DNA of 32,000 nt. Source: Clostridia bacterium. Its GTDB lineage: Bacteria; Bacillota; DTU025. Position numbers and translations under genes: made by a program. The stretch lies in assembly GCA_034926675.1 (NCBI GenBank), contig JAYFQW010000081.1, positions 1-32,000 of the forward strand, in the 5' to 3' direction. The notes under the pieces were generated by a model. It saw only the letters and a program-made list of their open reading frames with translations. It was not told the DNA's origin and did not search any database. Positions 17,201 to 24,232 of this stretch are shown here, in pieces. Position 1 is the stretch's first letter. Each line of letters starts with the position of its first letter.

Positions 17201-17535
17201 TGGTGCAGCCCAATCCGGATCTGGATTTCAAGGCCGCTGCGAGCTACAGTTTCATCACGGGGAAGCTTGCAAGGGTGGAATCCTCTGCGAACATGAAACT
17301 CAGCTCCGACTACCGGCTTGCTTGGGCAGCGGTGTATGATGTGGCCAAGGGCGGCCTGATCAGGGGAGATATCGGAGTGACCCGCGATCTGCACTGCAGG
17401 GAGATTTCGCTGCTGTACGAATACACATCCCGCAGAGTGTGGTTGGACTTCCGGATCAAGGCATTTCCAGGGCAATCCCTAGGTTTCGGGCTAGGAGAGG
17501 ATGGCGTGATCCTGAGCCAGCCCAGCCTGTTCTGA
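14257..17535 (+). CDS. lptG-lptD: Single ORF encoding a complete LptF/LptG-family LPS export permease (aa 1-~358) followed in frame by a complete LptD/OstA outer-membrane LPS translocon (aa ~359-1092)
   Basis: N-terminal part: MRILDRYVIREFVGPFILSVSAFIIIMLSGQLF, six TM segments with a periplasmic insert, ending AAWFPNILFLAAGLAMLFSVDK. Then a signal-peptide-like segment: VRGFRARRRIPMAAILLGALLLVAIAPSAARA|ADF. Then an OstA N-domain (KITGDSAEFDLKDNIAVIRGNVVVIRNDEELRGDTVTY), the LptD signature region (AVTTCDLDNPHYKVVAERMEIYVDSRIVLHGVAYYEGKVKLLSLPHLTIPL), and a large barrel ending SQPSLF. There is no in-frame stop between the two parts. Confidence 0.85.
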   Translation: MRILDRYVIREFVGPFILSVSAFIIIMLSGQLFWLMDLIIQTHVPALAVMRMLLYSLPGIVAQVLPVAVLLAVMLGLGRLSRDSELSIMRAIGTPFARIVLPLIAVGAVVSGIGFWLGDSVVPWATHESENIVRQMILKDVMPNVEQDVFFKAPEGRFVYVGKADPASGLMERVMVYETNSGEFPRIVTAMSGRISGLSWLLTDGAIHQLDSRGRVSMSMSFESLDIKMDNTFDQFVANQKTPQEMSRRELKQNIDLFERSGIKVSGLRIDYHLKSAEPVAALVFAIIGAPLITKSPRRGGGYFGVVAAAVLALAYYVVQAIARSLASQGTVPPLLAAWFPNILFLAAGLAMLFSVDKVRGFRARRRIPMAAILLGALLLVAIAPSAARAADFPIDVRGTLLSFDGATGIWVISGQVKISFKDTKITGDSAEFDLKDNIAVIRGNVVVIRNDEELRGDTVTYNVSTGDVIAGNAWAKIRDEKVTGFLYMKGAELERKDSYVRLSDGAVTTCDLDNPHYKVVAERMEIYVDSRIVLHGVAYYEGKVKLLSLPHLTIPLKEDERFELPKIGYGAAEGWYIKTKFNYRINDDATGSLYADYYQLLGPAAGVSQRINLGKIGEFTGYLYGLWNINSDRLDTTVELTHAVSLPFDVSSKAELKFRDFTTSAGLPALERTYGLSLHRQASGSATALTWNTTQLESVSDTSNTTLILKHSSTLPQPLSVRLNADASFRRQTAGDSVVRNVLNYRVQADRAFGPITVTGLAQSQVVIDDDSSQDGSNAPPPPWKALQRLPEITVKADRLEIPNTPLRMGVKMVYGRYTEDAIRNGVRSDITAGKGEAELTLGMDSRKLTQGLSVDATARGVFSLYEGYGARGAAGYTIGAYVAPVQGSTLRITYNKTDVIGASPFMFDRMAETSRLAANLTAVKGPLRLTLSSGYDFRTHTYDSLTAAARVDLGGGIAADLSGSYSISTGKPTSLVGRVVVQPNPDLDFKAAASYSFITGKLARVESSANMKLSSDYRLAWAAVYDVAKGGLIRGDIGVTRDLHCREISLLYEYTSRRVWLDFRIKAFPGQSLGFGLGEDGVILSQPSLF

Positions 17536-17559
17536 TCATGGAGAAGGAGGCGGCCTGCT

Positions 17560-18237
17560 GTGAGCTTGAAGCTGGCCCGAACTGCAGCAGTCCTGGCGGC
17601 GGTCGCCATTGCCTGCGTGTATGTGTATGCGTTCGTGGTTCACAGGCCTTCACCCGCTCGTGATGGGCCAGATGTGAGCCAAGGCTTGATACGACCTGAC
17701 CTGGTCTTCAAGGGTGTTCAGGTTGAGGGCAGAGAGGCCGGCGAGCGGATCTGGACCTTGTCGGCAGCCAGGGTGGAGGCAGGTGCGCGGGGATCTCAGA
17801 CCAGGCTTGACGAAATCACTGAGGGCGAGCTATATCGGACGGGCGAGGCCCATTACGCTTTCAGTGCGGGCCGGGGTGTTCTGGACTCCTCTACTGGGAT
17901 GCTGAGCCTCATGGGTGGAGTCAAGGTGGGCAGCGGCGGACGCGACCTGCTTGAGGCTGATGAGGTGAGATGGGACCCTGCTAGATCCATGGTGATAGTG
18001 CCCGGCCCGGCGAGACTTCACACAGCCAATGGCGAGGCCGCCGCCTCCTCCCTTGAGATTGATGTCAGGTCCTCCGAGATACTCACACAGGGCGAGGTGC
18101 ATGTCGACGAGGGGAACTCGGGGCCGGGATCGGGAGTGACCATCAAGAGCGCCAAAATGCGTATCAACCCGGACACCGGGTCGGTAGAGGCAGAGGGCGC
18201 GACGGAGATCACATTCCGGGTGAGTTCTGATGAGTAG
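17560..18237 (+). CDS. lptC: LptC-like membrane-anchored LPS export protein
   Basis: GTG start after GGAGAAGGAGG. Single N-terminal TM: LARTAAVLAAVAIACVYVYAFVV. This is followed by ~180 aa of beta-jellyroll-like sequence with the A...G..v.l.g.V pattern of LptC/OstA folds. It lies between lptD and lptA. The call rests largely on context and architecture. Confidence 0.6.
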   Translation: MSLKLARTAAVLAAVAIACVYVYAFVVHRPSPARDGPDVSQGLIRPDLVFKGVQVEGREAGERIWTLSAARVEAGARGSQTRLDEITEGELYRTGEAHYAFSAGRGVLDSSTGMLSLMGGVKVGSGGRDLLEADEVRWDPARSMVIVPGPARLHTANGEAAASSLEIDVRSSEILTQGEVHVDEGNSGPGSGVTIKSAKMRINPDTGSVEAEGATEITFRVSSDE

Positions 18238-18265
18238 AACTGGGATGAGAGGAGAGGCGAGCGAG

Positions 18266-18943
18266 ATGGCATGGCGCAGACTCGGGGGATTTCTGATGAT
18301 GGCGCTGCTCTGTGTGGTGGCGTCACTTCCCGCTGCTGCAGCTAACAAGGATGTCATAGTGCGGCTGGGGGACAGTGGGAGAACGACCTACCAGGGGGCA
18401 AATGGAGACACTGTGCTGGAGGGCGGTGTAAAGATCGAGTACGGCGACACTGTGATCACCGCCCAGCGAGCAGTTGTTAACATGGGAGCAGGTAAGGCGC
18501 ATCTCACAGGCGGCGTTACGCTGGTGCAGGGCGATGTCACACTCGGCTCCGACGCCATGGATGCTGACCTTAAGAAAGAGACCGCTGTGCTGACTGGAAA
18601 CGTGAAGCTTCAGAAGAAGGAGCAGCAGGCCGAGAAGGACTCATCCGGGAAGGCCAAGGTGTCGACGATCGTGATGACCTGTGCGTATCTGGACATCTCC
18701 ACTATCACTCAGGATTTCACTGCCACCGGGCCCGTGAGCATAACCGTGGATAAGCAGAAGGCGCAGTCTGCGAAGGCGACCTATTCCAACGCCCAGAAGG
18801 TCCTCGTGTTGACTGGTTCTGTGTTTATTCAGGGTGGAGACGGCGAGACCATCAAGTGTGATAAAGCCAGCCTACACACTGACAAAGAGGCAATTGAGGC
18901 CGAAGGCAAGGGAATGGAGATCACATTCGTGATCAAGGACTAG
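18266..18943 (+). CDS. lptA: LptA (periplasmic OstA-like LPS transport protein)
   Basis: Signal peptide: MAWRRLGGFLMMALLCVVASLPAAAA. OstA_N-type repeats: VLEGGVKIEYGDTVITAQRAVVNMGAGKAHLTGGVTLVQGDVTLGSDAMDADLKKETAVLTGNVKL and AQSAKATYSNAQKVLVLTGSVFIQGGDGETIKCDKASLHTDKEAIEAEG. The track ORF begins at 18230; I prefer ATG 18266 with GAGAGGAGAGG upstream. Confidence 0.75.
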   Translation: MAWRRLGGFLMMALLCVVASLPAAAANKDVIVRLGDSGRTTYQGANGDTVLEGGVKIEYGDTVITAQRAVVNMGAGKAHLTGGVTLVQGDVTLGSDAMDADLKKETAVLTGNVKLQKKEQQAEKDSSGKAKVSTIVMTCAYLDISTITQDFTATGPVSITVDKQKAQSAKATYSNAQKVLVLTGSVFIQGGDGETIKCDKASLHTDKEAIEAEGKGMEITFVIKD

Positions 18944-19002
18944 CTCCTCGACTATCCTACCAGTAAACCAAGGAATTCCCCGACATACTAGTGGGGCGAA
19001 CA

Positions 19003-19011
19003 TGCTATAAT
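19003..19011 (+). promoter_or_regulatory. Possible extended -10 promoter element TGCTATAAT
   Basis: Exact TGnTATAAT match in the 90-nt AT-richer spacer after lptA, ~26 nt upstream of ATG 19037 (SD AGGGGG at 19023-19028). No convincing -35. Confidence 0.35.
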
Positions 19012-19036
19012 CTCCGTGAATAGGGGGTTTAGCTGC

Positions 19037-21253
19037 ATGTTCGCCCTTTTGCGCGATGGGTTCGTCCGAGACGTGATCGCCGCAGTCCTTGTGACGATCA
19101 TTGTCGGGTCCGGCGCAGTGCTTGCTGTATCGAACGGCGCAGACCGGTTCTTCGGCCGCGCAGTCTCGGGCGTCCTCGGCGAAGATGGGGAGTACGACAT
19201 GGTTGTCCATGTAAGGGCCGAGGTCCGGCGTGAGGCTGCCCGCGCAATTGAATCTGACATCCCCCGGGAACTGCCGGGAGCGCGGGTGAAAGAGGGTGTG
19301 ACAGTCCTGTCGCGCTCGAATTTTCTTGTGGCGCTGCCGGAAAAGAATGCCGAATCATTTGATCGGCTCGTCCGCGTCGCAGCGGAAATCCCGGGATACG
19401 TTGGGTACACAGTAGTGATGGAGCCGAAGATCACAGTGAGCGGAGTGGGGCCTGGGGTGGCTCCCTTGATCACTCCTGAGCTTGAGAAGATCGATGGGGT
19501 CCTGTTCACTGTGCAAGCAGGCGGCGAGATCCATCTTGTGTGCGATTCGCCCGAGTCGGCTCAGTCGGCTGGCCGGACAGCGGAGGCGCTCCTCAGCAGG
19601 CGACAAGTGGTCGACATCAGAATGGCCCCGGGGAGCGAGGCGCTCCTCCCGGGCAGTCCAGCCCGGAGTGGACTTCTGGATGGGATCAGGCGCGGCGCGT
19701 CCAGTGGCGCGTCCAGTGGAACACATCACGGACTGTCAGATGCGGAGGTGCACGACGTCACGCCCGATGCAGCCATAGACGACTCGTCCAGATTAGCATC
19801 TACTCTTCAGAAGATGCGGGGGTTCCTGGAAACGTGGGGCCCAAAGGCAACTGAGTTCTCATCATCTCTTGACGAGGCAGAACAACTGCTTTCTGACTTC
19901 CACAGGGCGGTGCAGGGTGCACTGGTTGCAGCCGAGAGCTCTGAGAAGGCGCTGGCCGAGTATGAGAAGGCCCTGGATTCCCTGATCAGCCTGCAGCGTG
20001 CACTTGAAAGGATCGGTGTCGGCGAGCCCAGTCCGCTCCGGATCGACCCGGAGGCCATTGATTCACTTGTGGAACTGACCGACAAGGCCATTGCGGAGAT
20101 CGCGAGGCTACGCGAGACTGCGGAGGCAGTATCCCTGTTCACCACGAGGTACGATCCTCTGATGGGCAACCTGAAGCTGTGGGAGGGCAGGCTCGATTCC
20201 TTCGCGCGGAAGCTCGAGTTGATCCGCTCTGCGGCAAATGGCGCCGGAGGAGTGGCGGCCGTCCTGAACGACATGTCGACGGCTGCATCTGGGATTCTCA
20301 GGACATTGCAGGAGCTTGATGCAACGGGCCTTCGGCATAAGGTGGAGGCGGCGCGAGAAGACCTCTCTGTGGCCTCTGCGGTGGACGTAGAATCGATAGC
20401 CGCGAAGGTGAGAGAGATGAGAGACTCCATCCCAAAGCTATCTCCCGATGAAGCTGATGGCTCGATTCAGCTCATAGATAAGCTAGTGGAGGAGCAGCGG
20501 GAATTTGTTGGCAGGCTTCAGATTCTTGTGATCTCGGACGTCTCATCGAAGGAATTGACCAAGCTCTCCCGGCTTGCGGCGGGCCCATCGGCGGCAGCAT
20601 CCTATGCGTTGCCAGCAGGGGTAGTTCAGCCGGGAGTGAGATCCGAAGTCCGAACGCTCCTAGGCTCAGTGAGGAGCACAGTGGCTGGAATGACAGCTCT
20701 GGGAATCACCATTATGTCCCTGGTGTTCGACCACGCGGCGATCATATCCACGGCTGCGCACATGGGAGACCGACGGCGCGGGAGGCCGGCGCCGGGAGTG
20801 GCGGGCTGTCTGTACGGCGCCACGATCGGCGGCGTGACCCTGTGGGCCATCTCATTCATCGCCGGCGCTTCCGTAGCATCCCTGGGGCGACCTGCTCTTG
20901 CCGTTGTCGGAATGGCGACCGGTGCGACGGTGGCGATGATGGCGATGCGCGTATCCCCGGTGAACGCGGACGAGATCGAGGCCTGCGCAGCACTGGGCAT
21001 GAACCCCTCCGCGATTCTGCGCGAGGTAATCCTCCCAGCAGGCAAGCCGGGCGTTATCTCCCTTCTGAACAGGTCGCAGCTGGTATTCGCAGGATCCTTC
21101 CCCGACGGATTTGTGCAGAGTATAGGCGGCGTGGACGATGAGGGAGCAGTGGATCAAACTGGATGGGAGGTGGACACTGATGCTCAGCATGCGCCGACTG
21201 ACGCGCTCCTTCGGCCATCGGATAGCGCTCGCAAGCTTCAGCATGGATGTTGA
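19037..21253 (+). CDS. Uncharacterised polytopic membrane protein: N-terminal TM, two small alpha/beta domains, ~250-aa coiled-coil/helical region, C-terminal 3-TM module with an EAA-like loop; putative permease partner of the downstream ABC ATPase
   Basis: TM1: VIAAVLVTIIVGSGAVLAV. FtsX-ECD-like blocks: YDMVVHVRAEVRREAARAIESDIPRELPGARV and EIHLVCDSPESAQSAGRTAEALLS. Helical region ~19778-20540: EKALAEYEKALDSLISLQRALERI...LELIRSAANG...IQLIDKLVEEQREFVGRLQ. TM segments: TVAGMTALGITIMSLVF, VAGCLYGATIGGVTLWAISFIAG, ALAVVGMATGATVAMMAM. Then ADEIEACAALGMNPSAILREVILPAGKPGVISLL resembles the EAA-x3-G-x9-I-x-LP loop of type I ABC importer permeases. I recognise no family for the whole protein. Confidence 0.5.
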   Translation: MFALLRDGFVRDVIAAVLVTIIVGSGAVLAVSNGADRFFGRAVSGVLGEDGEYDMVVHVRAEVRREAARAIESDIPRELPGARVKEGVTVLSRSNFLVALPEKNAESFDRLVRVAAEIPGYVGYTVVMEPKITVSGVGPGVAPLITPELEKIDGVLFTVQAGGEIHLVCDSPESAQSAGRTAEALLSRRQVVDIRMAPGSEALLPGSPARSGLLDGIRRGASSGASSGTHHGLSDAEVHDVTPDAAIDDSSRLASTLQKMRGFLETWGPKATEFSSSLDEAEQLLSDFHRAVQGALVAAESSEKALAEYEKALDSLISLQRALERIGVGEPSPLRIDPEAIDSLVELTDKAIAEIARLRETAEAVSLFTTRYDPLMGNLKLWEGRLDSFARKLELIRSAANGAGGVAAVLNDMSTAASGILRTLQELDATGLRHKVEAAREDLSVASAVDVESIAAKVREMRDSIPKLSPDEADGSIQLIDKLVEEQREFVGRLQILVISDVSSKELTKLSRLAAGPSAAASYALPAGVVQPGVRSEVRTLLGSVRSTVAGMTALGITIMSLVFDHAAIISTAAHMGDRRRGRPAPGVAGCLYGATIGGVTLWAISFIAGASVASLGRPALAVVGMATGATVAMMAMRVSPVNADEIEACAALGMNPSAILREVILPAGKPGVISLLNRSQLVFAGSFPDGFVQSIGGVDDEGAVDQTGWEVDTDAQHAPTDALLRPSDSARKLQHGC

Positions 21254-21920
21254 AGAAGGTCAGACAGCTGTGATCATGGGGCCATCAGGCTGTGGGAAAT
21301 CCACGGTTCTCAGGAGCATCATCGCGCTTTCACGACCGGACTCAGGCGAGATACTGTGGCAGGGCAATTCGGTGCTGGATATGTCAGAGTCGGAACTCCG
21401 CCAGTTCCGGAGAAAGACCGGGTTCGTGTTTCAGCGGTCCAACCTCATAGGCAGGCTGAATGTGCTTCAGAACGTGATGCTTCCCGCCGTGATGGCTGGG
21501 ACCGGCATAGATGTGGCCCAATCATGGGCGATCGCGGCTCTGGAAGGAGTGGGTATGGAAGACCGCTCGTCAGCAAAGGTGACCGAGCTGTCAGGCGGAG
21601 AAATGCAGCGGGTGGCCATAGCCCGCGCGATTTCAGGCCGACCCAGATTGGTGCTGTGGGATGAACCCACTGCCTCTCTTGATCCCATCCTGGTAGTTGA
21701 CACGCTGAAGCTTATCGAGGGGCTGATAGATCGCCTGGAGGTGACCATGGTGGTAGTTACGCACGAAGTCAGCTTCGCTCGCCGAGTTGCCGACAGGGTC
21801 ATCTTGATGGAGCACGGCGCCGTAGTGGAGGAGGGTCCGCCCGACAAGGTTCTGGTGTCGCCCGAATCCCGACTTGGTGCGAGGTACGCTGGCTGCCTAT
21901 CTTACCTCGAGGGGCAATAG
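21180..21920 (+). CDS. ABC transporter ATP-binding protein (HisP/GlnQ-like subfamily)
   Basis: Walker A GPSGCGKST, Q-loop FVFQRSNL, signature LSGGEMQRVAIARA, Walker B LVLWDEPTASLDP, H-loop VVVTHEVSFARRVADRVILMEHGAVVEEGPPDKV. I prefer ATG 21180 (GGGAGGTGG 7 nt upstream) over the track start 21138. Either start overlaps the 3' end of the upstream ORF. Confidence 0.9.
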   Translation: MLSMRRLTRSFGHRIALASFSMDVEEGQTAVIMGPSGCGKSTVLRSIIALSRPDSGEILWQGNSVLDMSESELRQFRRKTGFVFQRSNLIGRLNVLQNVMLPAVMAGTGIDVAQSWAIAALEGVGMEDRSSAKVTELSGGEMQRVAIARAISGRPRLVLWDEPTASLDPILVVDTLKLIEGLIDRLEVTMVVVTHEVSFARRVADRVILMEHGAVVEEGPPDKVLVSPESRLGARYAGCLSYLEGQ

Positions 21921-21980
21921 AAGGAGAACGCGCTGGGCTGTAGAAATCCTCGTGTGCATGGGTATGGAGTGTGACGCGCA

Positions 21981-23255
21981 GTGGATATGATCTTGGTGGC
22001 AGGCGGACCCGGAGATACGCTGGGACTCGCCAGGCCTGCAGTGGAGATGGTGCGTAGAGCCTATCCTGCGGCTGATGTGTGGGTTTTCGTTGCGCCCGTC
22101 TCACGCGCCACCGGGCGAGAGGCACGGGTCGCATCGTCGTTTCCGGGGGTGAGGCGTGCTGTGCCGCCTTCGGAGTTCGTGAGATATCTCGCCACTGGAA
22201 TCCGGCCACCGGGTTTCGCGGCATCTGGGTCAGGAGTCGTAGTTCACCTCGGAGGCGGCATGACTTGGGCCGCCTGCCTGAGCAGGCGACTTCACTATCC
22301 GTTGGTTACATATTGCTCAAAGGCGATCCCTCCAGCTAGATCCGTAGCTCTGTATCTAGTTGAGGATGAACGGGCACAGGCCTCTCTCATCGCGAGTGGG
22401 GCTCCTGCTGAAAAGGTGCGGCCCGTTGGCAACCTCACTGCAGACAGCGCGGCGTTGAGTGTAAGCCGGAATGAGGCCAGAGCCCGGTTGGGAATTGGCG
22501 AGGACGATCGCCTCGTCGGGCTATATCCTGGGCTTCGGCCATCAGAGGTTTCCGCTATGGCGCCCTTCCTCTTCAGGACTGCAGAGCTCCTCTCCAGGGT
22601 TGAGCGGGGTGTGAAGTTCATCATGCCCCTCTCCCCTTTCGTGGGCACATCATCTCTGGAGCGGCTTTTTGCCATTCCGCGGGGCAAATCCAGGCCTGAG
22701 AGATCCTCTGCAGTGGTAGAGAAGAATGCTGGCCCCATTGAGGCCGTAACATCAGAGGGAATCAGGGTGCGCATCGAGACATCCGCGCGGCAGGAAACCA
22801 CAATTGCCTCGGATCTGGCCATCTGCACACCAGGTCCCATCTGCACTGAACTCGCAGCCAACGGTGTCGCCTATGTCGCGGTTATCCCCTCCAATCTTCC
22901 TCACGCTATGACACTCGGTGGGCTTGGGGGCCTTCTGTCGTCAGTCCCTCTCATCGGCGACGCCATTAGGAGCAGCGCGTACAAGCATGCCGCTGCTTCG
23001 TCGAAGTTCTTCACCATTCCGAACATCAAGGCCGGACGCATGGTGACTCCGGAGGTGGCCGGGGAGATAGGGCCCGAAGACGTAGCGATACCCTCTGTTG
23101 GGCTTCTCGGCGATCCTGCGCGTCGCGACAAGATCGGCCGCGAGCTGAGGGAGGCCGTGGGCGGCCCTGGCGCCTCTGGCAGATTCGCCAATCAGATTCA
23201 TCTCATCACTGGTCCGAGCTCACCGGCCAGTCTAGCTGGCCCAGGCCAGGGCTAG
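21981..23255 (+). CDS. lpxB: Lipid-A-disaccharide synthase LpxB (GT19), divergent
   Basis: By-eye alignment to E. coli LpxB. [11 protein letters not shown] matches [35 protein letters not shown] matches [53 protein letters not shown] matches [41 protein letters not shown] matches the C-terminal region. The PGSR motif is changed to PGLR. Confidence 0.65.
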   Translation: [424 protein letters not shown]

Positions 23256-23484
23256 GCCGCATATATCCAACCCCATCCCGCTTACAAGACTCATCCCAGG
23301 AAACCCCGGGCATGTTCCAGGCCTGCTTGTGCAGGTGAGACCTGTTCATCTGTCGAAAGAGATCATAACATGGCCGGATTGCGCGCTCCACGAGGGAACC
23401 AAACTGCACCTATTAGCGTCATTACATGGGGCGAATGGCGATATCTGCACGGAGCAGGTCACAGCCGGTGGGAGTGTTCGGCAT

Positions 23485-24204
23485 TTGGGCATTCGCGGTG
23501 ATCAGCTGGTCAAGGCGTATGGCCGTCGCCGGGTCGTCGACGGCGCCAGTATAGCGCTTGAGCGCGGTGAGGTCGTCGGCCTCCTCGGACCGAACGGCGC
23601 TGGCAAGACCACTACCTTCTACATGATAGTCGGCCTTGAGTCGCCTGATTCCGGTTCTGTTGCAATCGATGGGGTAGATGTGACCGACTGCCCTGTCTGG
23701 AGGCGAGCGAGGCTCGGATTGGGCTATCTCGCGCAGGAACCGTCGGTGTTTCGCGGGCTCTCGGTGGAGAGCAATCTTCGAGCAGTTCTCCAGTTGGCGG
23801 GGGTTGCTCGAACTCAGGAAAGCGCAGATTTGGAGCGCCTGCTCTCCAACTTCGATCTGGCGAGGATACGGCGGCAGACTGGCTTGACCCTCTCGGGCGG
23901 AGAGAGAAGACGGGTGGAGATCGCGCGGGCGCTGGCCGCGTCTCCGTCATACATCCTTCTCGATGAGCCATTCACTGGCATTGATCCGATAGCAGTCGGA
24001 GAAATCCAGGAGATTGTAGGTAGGCTCAAACGCGCGGGCTTGGGTGTGCTGATCACCGACCACAACGTCCGCGACACGCTGGCCATAGTGGATCGTGCTT
24101 ACATAATGCACGAGGGCCGGATACTTGTTTCGGGATCTGCACGCGAAATCCTCAACGATCCGACTGCGAGACGGCTCTATCTGGGCGAACGGTTCACGCT
24201 TTAG
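23485..24204 (+). CDS. lptB: LPS export ABC transporter ATP-binding protein LptB
   Basis: Near-canonical LptB: LVKAYGRRRVVDGASIALERGEVVGLLGPNGAGKTTTFYMIVGL, LGLGYLAQEPSVFRGLSVESNL, LSGGERRRVEIARALAASPSYILLDEPFTGIDPIAVGEIQEIV, GVLITDHNVRDTLAIVDRAYIMHEGRILVSGSAREILNDPTARRLYLGERFTL. TTG 23485 gives 239 aa, close to the ~241 aa I recall for E. coli LptB. The track ORF start 23329 adds a non-homologous extension. Confidence 0.92.
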   Translation: MGIRGDQLVKAYGRRRVVDGASIALERGEVVGLLGPNGAGKTTTFYMIVGLESPDSGSVAIDGVDVTDCPVWRRARLGLGYLAQEPSVFRGLSVESNLRAVLQLAGVARTQESADLERLLSNFDLARIRRQTGLTLSGGERRRVEIARALAASPSYILLDEPFTGIDPIAVGEIQEIVGRLKRAGLGVLITDHNVRDTLAIVDRAYIMHEGRILVSGSAREILNDPTARRLYLGERFTL

Positions 24205-24232
24205 ATCTAGCCCTGCCCGGGAGGGTTGCTAA

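Noticed and set aside
23256-23484. 230-nt gap between lpxB and lptB checked for a small gene (minus-strand ORF 23206-23409) or structured RNA.
   Set aside because: The ORF has no SD or motifs and partly overlaps the lpxB end. Only trivial 5-bp stems were seen.
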